DNA from: Hemiscyllium ocellatum
Taxonomy: Eukaryota
Direction: 5' to 3'
Assembly (NCBI RefSeq): GCF_020745735.1
Contig: NC_083412.1
Coordinates: forward strand, 66,616,320-66,680,319
Length of the DNA stretch: 64,000 bases
The notes under the pieces were generated by a model that was not told the DNA's origin, made no database searches, and worked only from the letters and a program-made list of their open reading frames with translations. Shown in pieces: positions 51,916 through 64,000 of this stretch. Every line of letters starts with the position of its first letter. The first letter of the stretch is position 1. The translations under genes and the position numbers were made by a program.

Positions 51916-54900
51916 GATCATGCTAGTTCTCCACAAGAGTTATTTAGCTAGCCCTATTTCCCAACCCTTTAATAATAGTCCAATCTTTATCTGGTTCCCT
52001 TTAAAAGGCTTGGATTGAATGCATCTTCATCAACTCCTCGATGATTGAAAAAGATGAAAATTTCCTATAAATCTAAATTCAAGTGTGTTTCCTCTCAGAA
52101 TTAAAAACCCTGCATTCTGAAATCGCCTTCTTGATTTTATCTGAAGTATAATCAAATACATCCTTTGATTTAGAAGATAGAGAATTGTTCACTGACTGTA
52201 AATAATAGACCATCCATCATTAAGATGAGAAAACATCCGCTTGCTTTTTGAAACGAGCCTACTTAGCAAGCAGCAAGAAAATGGAAATCAATCATTTCGT
52301 TGAAGCAGCCAAGACTCAGACTGGTGTCAATGTATTGATATATCTACAGACAAGAGCAAAGTTATTTGAGAACATAAATTTGTTACATGCTACTTACACT
52401 TTTAAATTCAGTGCCAGTTACTTCATCTGCATCCAGGAAGGAAAAGGCACAAGAAACAATTGGTTGACTGTTGATTAATTTCAGCTTTTTGACAAAGCCC
52501 TGGAATTTCTCTAAAGTTCAGATGTTGAAGGACGTTCAAATGTATTGGGCTCAAATTTTCTTTTATAGATATCCCTGTAAGGGGCTGTTGTGAAACTAGA
52601 GCACTGCTGATGTAATGTCACTGTGTTTATTTGCTTCCTTCCTCCTCCAGCACTGCAAATAAACTTTCACAAATAAATATCAGAGATAGGGATTGTTCCA
52701 AAGAGCCACTAGTCTATGAGAATCTGATTTCTTCAATCTCAAATTTCAGCAGAAATCTCATTTTAAAGCAGAAAAAGCATCACTAATGAGCAGAAACTGC
52801 AAAATAGCAACTAGATTGTTTATGAACCTAATCATTTATTTGCAACGAAAATCTGCCATCTATACCAAGACTTTTCTCTCTTCAGAAATGTATTTCCTGC
52901 ACTTATTATCAGGTAACTGCAACTTAACCTCTTCACACCAAATCTTATCGTTTTCACCACTGCATGATTCAAACAAATGAGTGATCAGTGGCTTTGCGCA
53001 ATGCTGCAAACATGAAGAGACTTTGAAAACTCGCTTAAGTGCTAATTTTGAAGGGCAAGAATCATGAATTGATGTGCAGTGTAAACAGACATGATTATGG
53101 GGCAACATTTAGACAGAACTGAACTTTGATTTTTAATGTCATTGTTATTCTAGACATTGAGTCAGGTGCAATGGCAACTGCGAGAGAATGTATTTCACTC
53201 AATTAGTTACATTTCAAATGATTGCTGATTCATTTTTGTTAATTAATAGAAAATCATTCGTATTCTTGTACTAGTGCATTAATGTCATGAGGTATCTAAC
53301 CACATCTTTTTTGTAGATGTGCTTCCTTTACTAAAGCAGATTACAATGGGCTAATATGATAGTTGCAATGAAATTAAATTGTTTAGATTGGATGGTGCAA
53401 ACGCCAAGAGCGGTTTTTAGCTGGTTTGAGTTAAATGAATATCATTTTAATTGTTCTGAACAAAGGGCTTATCTTTTCCAAAGTCTGAAATTTTTTACTC
53501 ACTGAAGCATTTCACACTGTCATACAAATAAAATTTTTTGGAGTCATGAATTTATATTCCACAAAATTAAATTTTAGTCAGCATTTATTTAATTCACAAA
53601 TGAGTAATAACTGAGCTGAGAGTTATAATAGTTGCATTAATTCAGCCTTCCAGCAACCAATGGCGTATGAAAGGTCAGAAGAGAATGGAACTCATAAGGA
53701 GTGATTAGAATATAACTACTGACATTTTCATTCATATATTTTACTGCTTTTAAGTCTAAATTTATTTTAACCTTTTTCATCTCTGTTGTTCAATGTTGGG
53801 AGCTGTTTGTTTTGTACCTTGAAATGAATGGGTTTGTAGTAGCAATGGGTGATTAATTGCTTAAAAAATGCAATTAGCTGTTCAGTTTCCAGCTTTAACC
53901 TTTGCTGCTGGGTTCTTTCTTAGTTCAGTATAAATTTGAGTTAAGTATTAAGAACTCAGTCTTACAGCGACATACCAATGAAGTGTGAAAGGCTAGGACA
54001 GTATGACTAGTTGTTGCAGATGATGCATTAGATATCGTTTTCATTGAGTTTTGCCAGGTTTTTGAAAAGGTTCTGCATAGAAGACTGGTCATTTACTTAA
54101 AATCACACAAGTTTCCAAGGGAAAGTGGCTTGTTGGATTAAATATTGATAAATTGATCAATTTATTAATTGATAAATATTGATAAATATTGATAAACCAG
54201 TGGTGACTGGTTGGCTGTTGTGCAGGACTCAGTATTCAGTCTCTGCTGTTTGTTGTAGGTATCAAGTATTTATACATAAAGTGGAGGGGCCTCAAATTTA
54301 GTAGAAAATGCAAAAATTGTGTGCGTTGGTAGTGAAAAAGAAAACTATAAATTTGCAACAAGCTAGCAAAAGGTTTGGTCAGGTGGCCAAAAAAATGGCC
54401 AATAGAATTCAATACAGAGAAGCATGAGGTGATAGATTATGGAGAAACAGTCAAAGTAATACACAAAGAATAATAAGATTCTGAAAAGTGTAGAGGAACA
54501 GAGGAACCATACATATACCCGCAGATCCCTGGAAGCAAAACATTGGTGAAATGGTTAAGTAGGCCATGGTTTGCAGTATAAAAGCAGAGATACTACTCTA
54601 CAACTGCATAAAAAAGTTACACTGGCAGTGATTGGACTGAGGGCCAGGTGGATCTCAATGACAATGAGATCCTTGATTGGGGTTGTTAACCTGGGCATTC
54701 AGGGAGCCCGGACTGACAGATATAAAGAAGAAATTCAGAGAGTCTCCTCAGTCTCAGCTGGCAGGTCAGAGCCCATGTACAGTGCACATGTAAATAAAGG
54801 GTGACTTGTGAAGGAATACCAGCTTCTGTGCAGTTTTTTCCAATAGCTAGGAGTAATACATACCAAGTGGATTGGGCATTACGTTAGAGAGAGAACAGAG

Positions 54901-54956
54901 GAAATTCACAATGATATTTCCACCAGTGCAAAATTTCAGGTGTGTGGTCAGGTTGA

Positions 54957-55289
54957 TTGCACAGACTAATTTTATTTGGAAGAGAAGAAGCTATTAGAGG
55001 ATTTATTATAACATTAACAGCTCTATGGCCTCAGCTACTGCAATGGATGAATGGCATCACACAACAATCACCAGCCAGGAGTGTTCCTTCCCAGTCAGGG
55101 AACACTTCAGCAGTCTGGGAGGTTCGACCTCGGACCTTTGGGTGATCATCCTCCAGGGCGGACTTTGGGATATGCAACAATGCAGAGTGGTCAAGCAGAG
55201 GCTGATTGCCAAGTTCGTTACCCATGGGGATGGTCTCAACCAGGACTTTGAGTTCATGTCACACTACAGGTGACCCTACTGCAATATAA

Positions 55290-55373
<84 letters not shown>

Positions 55374-56062
55374 GACCCTCTCTTATACACAAGCTCTCTC
55401 TCATATGCTTGCATATACACCCCTCACACTCATACCCACACACACACCTTCTCACAGACTTATACTCCTTCAGACTCATATACACATACACACACTTTCT
55501 CACAGATATTCATAACTCCCCCACCCACTCCCCCACCCCCTCCCCACCATCACACGCACACATATAAGTTTGTGGATTGAAGTTGTACTTGCAGAATTTA
55601 ATTTTGCTGAAAACTTGCATGAATCCATGTAAAATTCTGTAAATCCCTTTTTAGAAATAGAATCAGTCTGAACATTGGGGTAAAGACAGACAGACTTTAA
55701 CCTCACACCTTCAATGCATTATCTGAACTGACATGGCACCTATTGTTAAAGTTCACTTGAGAACGTAACTTTAAAGGAAGTTCTGGAATTTGCATATTAA
55801 AGAACTGAAATCAACATGGTAATTCTACGAGATAAAAGACCTCACAAACATTCCAGGTCTTTTTCAATATATCATTTCAGTTGCATCACACTGTAAACCT
55901 TTTGCTATAAATTCTGTATCTTATAATCTTATACTCCACAACCACCTGATAAACATAAAGTGTCCGAAAGCTATTGCTTCCAATTAAACCTGTTGAACTA
56001 TAACCTGGTGTTGTGTGACTTTCAACTTTGTACACCCCGGTCCAACACCGACACCTCCAAAT
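54957..56062 (+). mobile_element. Penelope-like element family B: GIY-YIG C-terminus plus 3' region with dead hammerhead motif (about 55943-55976)
   Basis: ORF 55025-55273 reads FPVREHFSS...LQGGLWDMQQCRVVKQRLIAKFVTHGDGLNQD, a PLE endonuclease tail (PVxEHF...GLN). Confidence 0.75.
55292..55369 (+). repeat. (CA)39 microsatellite
   Basis: Counted directly; lies within the PLE 3' region. Confidence 0.95.
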
Positions 56063-56499
56063 CAGGAAGATATAAAACAGCCTCAGGAGGATGTGGATAG
56101 AGTCAATGAATGGGCTAGAACATGAAAGATGGAATATAATGTGGTAAATGTGAAGTTGTCCACTTTGGTAGGAAAAGCATTATGATGAACTTCACTGAAT
56201 ATAATACTAAGTTTTATGATTTTATGGGAAGAACTCAGAGCACAACAAGAACTCCTGTTCTTTATGGAACTTGTTAGTCACTCAGCAGGTACAGAACCTT
56301 CACCAGATTGGGTGCATGTTGCTGCTGAAACTGGATAATAATGGAAACACAGCCCTTGTTATCAGGGTGCTGCTTGTCTCACTGTTTGAAGTGTGCAGTC
56401 CTCATCTGCAGGGCACGGCACCATTGACTGTTCTCAGAGCTGAGAACCTGTTTTATTCTTTACGTTCCCCATATAGGTCATTGCAACAAGTCTGCTGCA

Positions 56500-57400
56500 G
56501 ATGGACTTTGGTTGTTACGACTCACTTCCTAAGAAAATGCCATGACTCCATTTCTGGGGATGAGCGGGGCACAGTGTTGATGAATGCCCTAGGACACTGT
56601 GATGGAACTGTGTCAGATGTTAGAGCAGGACCTAATGATTACAGGAGTGGGAACCTTTCGTCTCTTAGTAACTGGGAAGTTGACAGCTGTTTGATGCTTT
56701 ATGTAAGTGGCTCCTTACAAGGAATGGTGGGCGATTGGTGTGGGATCTCTCTGTCGTGTTCCCACAAATGCATCAGGACTGTGACCAATGCTATTTATGC
56801 AAGATGACACTGGCTCATTTTGCTTCCCCCAAGATGAGTTGAACAGTAAATTCCAGGCAGTAGGGGTCAGGAACATACCTGACATCCTATAGGTGCAGGG
56901 TGCCATTGACTGCTTACACATGGCACTGAGAGGGCTCTATCACAACACTGCGGAACTTATTGACAGGAAAGGGCTCCATTCCATCAATGTTCTGGTGGTC
57001 TGTGGTTGCTGTCACCAGTTCCTGAAGGTGTGTGCCCACCACCCTGATTGCTGCCAGGACTCCTAACGCCAGAGCACTCTTGTGAACCTTGGTATTTGAG
57101 GGTCAAGGTACCATACAAGGCTTGTTACTAGGGGTTAAGGGATACCCATTGTGACTTTGGCTCATGACACAATTGTGCAGCACCCAGCTGAAGTACAGCA
57201 CAGATAAAATGCTGCTCCTGCTTTGACCAGGGCTGTGGTTGAGTAGATGAAAGGAACTGTGGAGGTATGGTTCCAGTACTTGCTAGGAGCTAGGAGCCCT
57301 TCACTATAATGCAGGCTGAGTGTGCCACACCCTAGCAAATTGTGCTCTGCAATGAGGCTATATGATAGATGCTGAGGAACTGGGGGATCAGGAACACTTG
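56500..57400 (+). mobile_element. PIF/Harbinger DDE transposase remnant (pseudogenised)
   Basis: LYVSGSLQGMVGDWCGIS...CIRTVTNAIY, VQGAIDCLHMAL, DRKGLHSINVLVVC and LLGVKGYPL*LWLMT match HARBI1-type motifs, with stops and frameshifts. Confidence 0.75.
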
Positions 57401-57842
57401 TCTGAGGATGAGGATAAAACATTGAGCCAGGAGAAGCTCTCTTTGTGGGTGACAGAGCTTAGGTCTTAGGTGTTGGCGATGTTACAAGCTAGACAGGACC
57501 TGGTTGAAATCCAGTTGAGAGATGAGATTTGGGGTCAAAGGACAACTGTGGACTATAAAACAGCTATTGGTTGTCATTCCAGCATTTAGTTTGCATTGTG
57601 GACACATTTCAGCCTGTGCTCAGTTTGTTTGCATTCTCTTTTGCGAGCTGTTAATAAAAGCCCATCTTTGGAATTGTCTAATTGGTTGCCTGTCTGTGAT
57701 GTTCCCCTATTGCATAATGACAATCTATAGTCTACAGTGGCCATTAGGAACAAAGTAGAGGTGGCTGGGAGAGGCTGGTTAGACAAGAGGTAGAGGGATA
57801 TAGTGTGTGGCCTGATGGGTAAACAATGACTAAAGTGAGAGA

Positions 57843-57977
57843 TTCCATTCCTGACGAAGGGTTTTTGCCCGAAGAGTCGACTTTCCTGCTTCTTGGATGC
57901 TGCCTGACCTGCTGTGCTTTTCCAGCATCACTCTAATCTTGACTCTGATCTCCAGCATCTGCAGTCCTCACTTTTGC
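57843..57977 (+). mobile_element. PLE family A micro-insertion, 135 bp, with 13-bp TSD
   Basis: CTAAAGTGAGAGA at 57830-57842 and 57978-57990. Confidence 0.8.
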
Positions 57978-58910
57978 CTAAAGTGAGAGAATGCCATGGT
58001 TATATTGCTAGGGAGTTGTAAAACATGCTAGCTATGTGCTGCGGTCAGTATGGCTTTGTGTCTGCTGTGTCCTTTCATTGCCAATGATGGGCAACAGTAG
58101 ATTGCTAATACATTTCTTGGTGCACAGCGACCTTTCAAAGATGGTGTTGGTGCCATGGATGTTCATTTTTCTCGGGGCTATCCGGTGAATTCTTCTAGGA
58201 ATTACACATGATAGAAGAGGACTAGAATCGAGTGAGAGCGTACTGTATGTTGGTTTGGGAAGTTAATGAGGTGAGATATGGAGGGAAACCCTCTGAAACT
58301 TGAATGAATTGACACCTGTATATGCATCAATACGATCACTTCTCATTCCTCATGACTACAAGCCAAACCTACTTAACTTCTCATGAAAAATTCCTCTATG
58401 CACAGGATCAACCTTATGATCTGCATTGCCTCCAATGCAGTATATTGTTCCTTAGATAAGAAGACCAGAACTGTTCATGGTATTCTAGTCCTGGTATGAC
58501 AAATGCCGTGTATAATTTTAATAAGATCTCCCTATCTTTATACTCCATGCCTTTGAAATAAAGGCCAGCATGCCCATGTTCTTCCCTACTACCTGCTGAG
58601 CTTTGGAAACCAGCTTTTTTGTGAATTATGGATGAGGAACCCCAAGTCCTTCCTTGTTGTAGGTTTCTGCAGTCTTTCTCCATTTAAATAATATTGTTTC
58701 ACTATTTTTCTTGCTAATATGTAGAAGAATTCTTGTAGGCAAGTACTTATGTCTTCATTCCAGTTCATTTTCTGGTCAATGGTAACCTCCCAGGATGTTG
58801 ATATTGGAGGATTCAGTAATGGAAATGTCACAGAATGACAAGAGCCAGTCACTAGATTCTCTCTTTTTGGAGATGAACAATGTCTGGCGTTTGTGTGGCA
58901 TGAATATCAT

Positions 58911-59041
58911 GTCATTCCTGAAGAAGGGCTCATGCCCGAAACGCCGATTCTCCTGCTCCTTGGATGCTGCCTGACCTGCTGCGCTTTTCCAGCAACACAT
59001 TTTCAGCTCTGATCTCCAGCATCTGCAGTCCTCACTTTCTC
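58911..59041 (+). mobile_element. PLE family A micro-insertion, 131 bp, with 12-bp TSD, inside a LINE fragment
   Basis: CATGAATATCAT at 58899-58910 and 59042-59053. Core CTGAAGA-A-GGGC-TCAT-GCCC-GAAA-CGCC, cleavage triplet mutated. Confidence 0.8.
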
Positions 59042-60829
59042 CATGAATATCATTTGCCATTTATTAACACAAGCCCAAATGTTGCCCATGAACAATGTGG
59101 ATCTACTTCAGTATCTGAGGAGTCTCATATGGTCCTGAAAACTGTGTAAACATCAGAAAATATCCCCACTCCTGATCATATAATGGAGGGAAGGCCATTG
59201 GTAATGCTGATGAAGACGGTTTGGGTCCAGGAGCCCAGTATGTGGAACTCCTGCAGTGTTGCCCTGTAGTTAGATGGTAGATCGCCAACAATCACAACCA
59301 CCAACCAAACTGCACCTAAAATTGTGCCCATTCTGAAAAGTTTTCTTCTCCTCTGGAGTTTCCACTTAAGTCTATTTAATTGAATGCAAAATGTGCCATG
59401 AATGAGCATGCATGCATTTCAAAATAGATTAATTTTTTTTAAACATGTTGCTTGAGGTGATATCTGGGGTGATCCATGGACACTATGCTTTCAATCATAG
59501 TGTTGTTAGGCTTGCTGAGAAACTGTCTGTATTTTGTTTTCTACTAGACCAAGTATTGTATCATGAAACAAAAAATATAGATATGCAGATCAAAGTAGGC
59601 CAGTGGTTAAAGTTGAGAAGTGACCTTCTTTGCATACCAATGCCTTTCTGCTCAAAATCGAGCAGATGAAAGCAGATGAAATTGAAGTTTCCTGATTTAA
59701 AGGTGTCTTCGCTTCTCATTTTAGATAAATAAGACCTAACCTTCACACTTGCTGTAGTGGTTTAAAAATTCTAAATGTAAGTTTTTTCTAGTTGAAAGCT
59801 AAACAAAAAAATGCTAATTATTTTTCTTAATGCTGCCTTGGCTGAATTTTAAGAGTGGGAAAATCTTTTTAATATGGGAGTCATGAATTAGGTTGAAAAT
59901 ACATGGCAGGTACAGTGGTTTGTGTGGAGAACTGTATGTATGGCAGGGTTTTGAATTGGGTCCTAACTGCATTGAATTAGTTTAACTGAGCTGGGCTAGC
60001 AGCATAATTGTCACAATTAGCTTCAGTGGCAATGAGCCAGGTAGAGAGATAGCATCCACCTTCCTCATTCAATCACTGTCAGCACTGGACTTCCTAATTT
60101 GTGGCAGATTTGGGCAGATTGCCCCTCACTCCATTTTATTACAAAACATAGGCACTCCATTTCTGTGGACCTGACACCCCTCTTCCCTTGGATCCAACAC
60201 CCCACTTCCCTCACTGCTGAAGGCCATTCCTCTTCTGCTCCAGAACCCAACCGACTCTCTCCCACACTGAACCCTAAACTTCCCCCCTTCCACTCTGCTC
60301 CCCTTTCTCCCCTAAAGTCCCCTTTCTTACTCCTGGCACAGTACATCCGCCCCTACTATGGAACCATCAGCCCCTTCCCCATTCTGGACCTGAACATCTC
60401 TGTGCCACAGCAGAACCCTGTTCACATGCCCGCTCCACCTTTCTCACCCCTCCCACACAAGATTGACACCATCACTCCCACACTCACCAGACCCTATATC
60501 TCCCACCCATCCAACCTACCCTAATCCCACTCCATCAGTTACCTAGCCCCCTTGTCCCCTGGCACTTTACTTTCCCAACATCCTAATCTTACATACTTAG
60601 CTTTTCACAGAAGTTGTCAAAATGGTTGCAAGATGGGAGAGGGAGTTGTCAGGTCATAGTTTTCAGGATCTGGGGAGTGTAGTTGAGGGTGGCTGAGGTA
60701 AGCTGGGGATCAGTTCAATGGTTACTGAGAAGTTAGACACAATATTTAAGAGAGTAACTTTTCCCAAATAACTATCTGCTTAACTGTTGTGGAACCATAT
60801 GAATGTTTCAATTGAAATGGACACCATTG

Positions 60830-61600
60830 AAGGTTTTGAGACAATAAAGAGGTGAGGCATGTTCTGCAGTATTGTGTTTAGTTCTGGCCACCCTGTTATA
60901 GGAAGGATATTATTAAGCTGGAGAAGGTTCAGGAAAGATTTACCAGGATGTTGGCAGGAATGGAGGGTTTGAGTCATAAGGAGAGGCAAGATAGGCTGGG
61001 ACTTTCCCCATTGGAGCATAGGAGTTTGAAAGGTGACCTTATAAAAGGTTTATAGAATCATGAGGGGGTATAGATAAGGTGAATGGCAGGTATCTATTCC
61101 CTAGTCTGGGGGATTTCAAGACTAGCGGGTATGCTTTAAGGTGAGAGGAGAAAGATTTTAAAAAAGACATGAGGTGCAATCTTTTACACAGAGAGTGTTG
61201 AGTGTGAAATGAACTTCCAGAGTCAGAGTCATAGCCATACAGCACGAAAACAGACCCTGTAATCTATCTCCTCCATTTGGACTAAGTTTCCCAAATTAAA
61301 CTAGTCCATTGTTTAGACCAGTGCTTGGCACATATCCCTCCAAACATTTCCCATCCACCTACCTGTCCGGATGTCTTTTAAATTTTACAACTGTACCTGC
61401 ATCTGTCACTTCATTCCATGGATGCACCACCCTCTATGTGAAAGGTTGCCCTCAGGTCCCTTTTAAATTTTTCTCCTCTTACCTTAAAACTATACCGCTA
61501 GTTTTGAACTCCACAGCTGTAGGGAAAAGCCCTTTGCTATTCACCTTTTCAAAACGCCTCATAATTTTATAAACCTATATAAGATCACTCCTGAACCTCC
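60830..61600. mobile_element. CR1 RT end (plus, to about 61215) joined to a CR1 3' end in the opposite orientation (about 61218-61600)
   Basis: gttctggccaccctgttataggaaggat...; tail gagtcatagccatacagcacggaa-like. Confidence 0.7.
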
Positions 61601-62914
61601 TCTGCAGCAGTGCTATCCACTGAGCCACCATGCCACGCCTATCTTTTGCCTCAACTTGTTGAGCAGATTGGAAATCTTCATTTGCCCCATATAGTTGTCC
61701 GACTGGACGACTAGACATGTTCACAACCTCAGTTGTAGTACAAGATGATTGCTGCCCACTTAACTTTTTTTTCCATTGGTGCTGACAATTCTTTCTTGAA
61801 ACACAAATGACATGTCAATTCATCATCGAGCATTAAAGGCAAATTTGTTTGATCAATTTGTTCAGAGATCTGACATTGATTCAGAACAGTTTCATTCAAA
61901 GATTTGTCAATGAGTCAAGTGAGTTGTGCAGTTCATTCTTGTTGCCAGTATTTGCTTTTGCTGTTATACTTGCTGATTATCATTTTCTGCATTTTCTTCT
62001 GCAATAGGATTAGAAACATTTCCACCAATCTTACAGGTTCCGTAACTTCCTTTCCATTGATAGTATGAAGCAATTTTCTCTACTTTCTGGGTTCCTCCAT
62101 GAACCTAGGAAGCTCATGAAATCTTTTACCAATTGCCCTTTATCAACTGGTGAACAACGGTTTGTTTCAGAATCAGTAATTCTCTTGGAACTAGTTGAAC
62201 ACCTGCTTCTGCATGGATGTTGAGATCAAGCCATGTTTACTGGCTCAAAACTGAAAACTGTTGATTATGGATTGGGTAAGCACTATCAACTTTTATGCCT
62301 TTTGTGCTGCAATGTTACTTATATCATAGCTTTGCTGTTGAGAACTATTCCAACTGCAGCAAGCAGTCTCATCTCTGTAGGCTGTAATTTCCGCTCCTTC
62401 AGCTATGGTATTTGATCTGATAGGACAGTGACACTTGTTCATGGATCAAGCTTAAATTAATAACATCAATAGGTATTAAAAAAAATGTTCTGTCAAACAC
62501 GGGCCTGTTGCATCACTAATTTCCCTTAGATATTCTTCTGGTATGTTTTTCCAGTGGTGGTTTTTCTATAGTATCATACTCTTTACAAGTGTAACCTCTA
62601 CCACAATAACTGCTTTGAAACTGAGTCCTACTTCTGCACATCTTCTAGACCTACAGTTTTACAGAAGTAGCATTCTTTTGTCAGAGCTGCATGCTGCTTG
62701 GGCTTGTGACTTTTCTGCTCCACAGCCTTGACACCGACTCTCAGTATCTGCTGTTTGCCTATCCTTTGTGTTGGCTTGTGAGTGTGTCTTTTATACTTTA
62801 TAAAATGGATAGATTCTGGTGCTCTCCAGTTGTTAGATTGTCCTTCTGGATTTCTGAACACTCAGGATTTGTTTTTGACTTCCTGGTTTCTGTTTCAAAC
62901 ACAATATCAATAAA

Positions 62915-63383
62915 TCAACCGCCCTGTGGCTGAACACTTTAACTCCCCCTCCCACTCCGCCAAGGACATGCAGGTCCTTGGCCTCCTCCATCGCCAGACC
63001 ATGGCAACACGATGCCTGGAGGAAGAGCGCCTCATCTTCCGCCTAGGAACCCTCCAACCACAAGGGATGAATGCAGATTTCTCCAGCTTTCTCATTCCCC
63101 TCCCCCAACCCTTGGACTCAGCACCACTTTCATGATCTGCAATCTTCTTCCCAGCCTCTCCGCCCCCAACCCCTCTCCCGCCTACCACCCTCACCTTAAC
63201 CTCCTTCCATCTATCGCATTCCCAACGCCCGTCCCCCAAGTCCCTCCTCCCTACCTTTTATCTTAGCCTGCTTGGCACACCTTCCTCATTCCTGAAGAAA
63301 GGCTTATGCCTGAAATGTCGATTCGCCTGCTCCTTGGATGCTGCTTGACCTGCTGCGCTTTTCCAGCAACACATTTTTCAGCT
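62915..63383 (+). mobile_element. PLE family A 469-bp insertion: GIY-YIG C-terminus plus hammerhead motif (63292-63319), near-perfect 14-bp TSD
   Basis: PVAEHFNSPSHSAKDMQVLGLLH...EEERLIFRLGTLQPQGMN; ACAATATCAATAAA at 62901-62914 vs ACAATTTCAATAAA at 63384-63397. Confidence 0.85.
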
Positions 63384-64000
63384 ACAATTTCAATAAAGAC
63401 AACTTTCATTAGACAATTACGTTTGACAAAGACTTATCAATAATTTCAGCAACAATTCTACTTCTTATGAATTCTGATCTCAAAGTTTTCAAAGAAATAA
63501 GGTTATCTACTGATCCTCGAGGATTTTGAATTCTTCTGTTAAATCTTGCTCTTTTCAAGGAATTTGCATGAACTTCATAATGAAGTAACCGTCTGTTAGA
63601 TCTTATATTTTCCAATGGGAGTCTGAGTCTGGTGGTAGATTAGATATAGCTTTATTTTGGTACAACTCTATTACAATTTCAGATTTTCTTTTCAGTAAGA
63701 CACACAAAAACCTCAGATTGTATACAGTGAAAACTTAGAGGGCACAGGCCCAACCCCCATATGACTGGTCAGAGGTGCCCAGTTATCCCTCTGTGATTGG
63801 CTGTCTGGTACAGCACCATAAAGCCACGGACAGGCTGGTGATCCAGCCTCGGTGATGATGTTTTCACAGATTTTAATGATAGAAGGGGCCATTTCTATTG
63901 CCTGAAACCTTTCTTTTGGTGATTTTTTTGTATATATGTGGATCTGTAGCAAAATGGAATCTATATCTATGATTATCAGAAGAATTTTAACTGAAACCTA

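Noticed and set aside
55291-55503. ORF ending in a VC repeat
   Set aside because: Translation of the (CA)39 microsatellite.
60055-60600. Pro-rich 141-aa ORF (60099-60524); similar C-rich tract at about 18490-18960
   Set aside because: Low-complexity C-rich DNA depleted of stops; no domain signature or splice support.

Overview
Eukaryotic, repeat-dense DNA from a shark. The HE1 V-SINE / HER1-CR1 repeat set is elasmobranch-specific; a carpet shark (bamboo/epaulette type) is my guess from memory of the SINE tail variant, not a verified call. I can support one protein-coding gene. It is a spliced minus-strand immunoglobulin-superfamily receptor with four exons: leader (17451-17388), germline-joined V-J-like domain (10262-9903), C1-set domain (6727-6422) and transmembrane (2164-2060). 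All three introns are GT-AG and phase 1, giving a continuous 278-codon frame with no stop. The cytoplasmic exon(s) were not found and probably lie left of the window. The rest is mostly transposon debris: CR1/HER1, L2, RTE and L1 LINE fragments, about ten HE1 SINEs, a second SINE family, solo-LTR-like segments, a decayed Harbinger transposase and many Penelope-like (PLE) fragments. The PLE fragments carry minimal hammerhead-ribozyme motifs, one with an intact core (51784-51750, minus). Six of them are flanked by 10-15 bp target-site duplications. No rRNA, true tRNA or CRISPR array was seen. Most ORFs in the supplied track are repeat-derived or spurious. Repeat boundaries are approximate unless a TSD is quoted, and family names come from recognised motifs, not from a database search.
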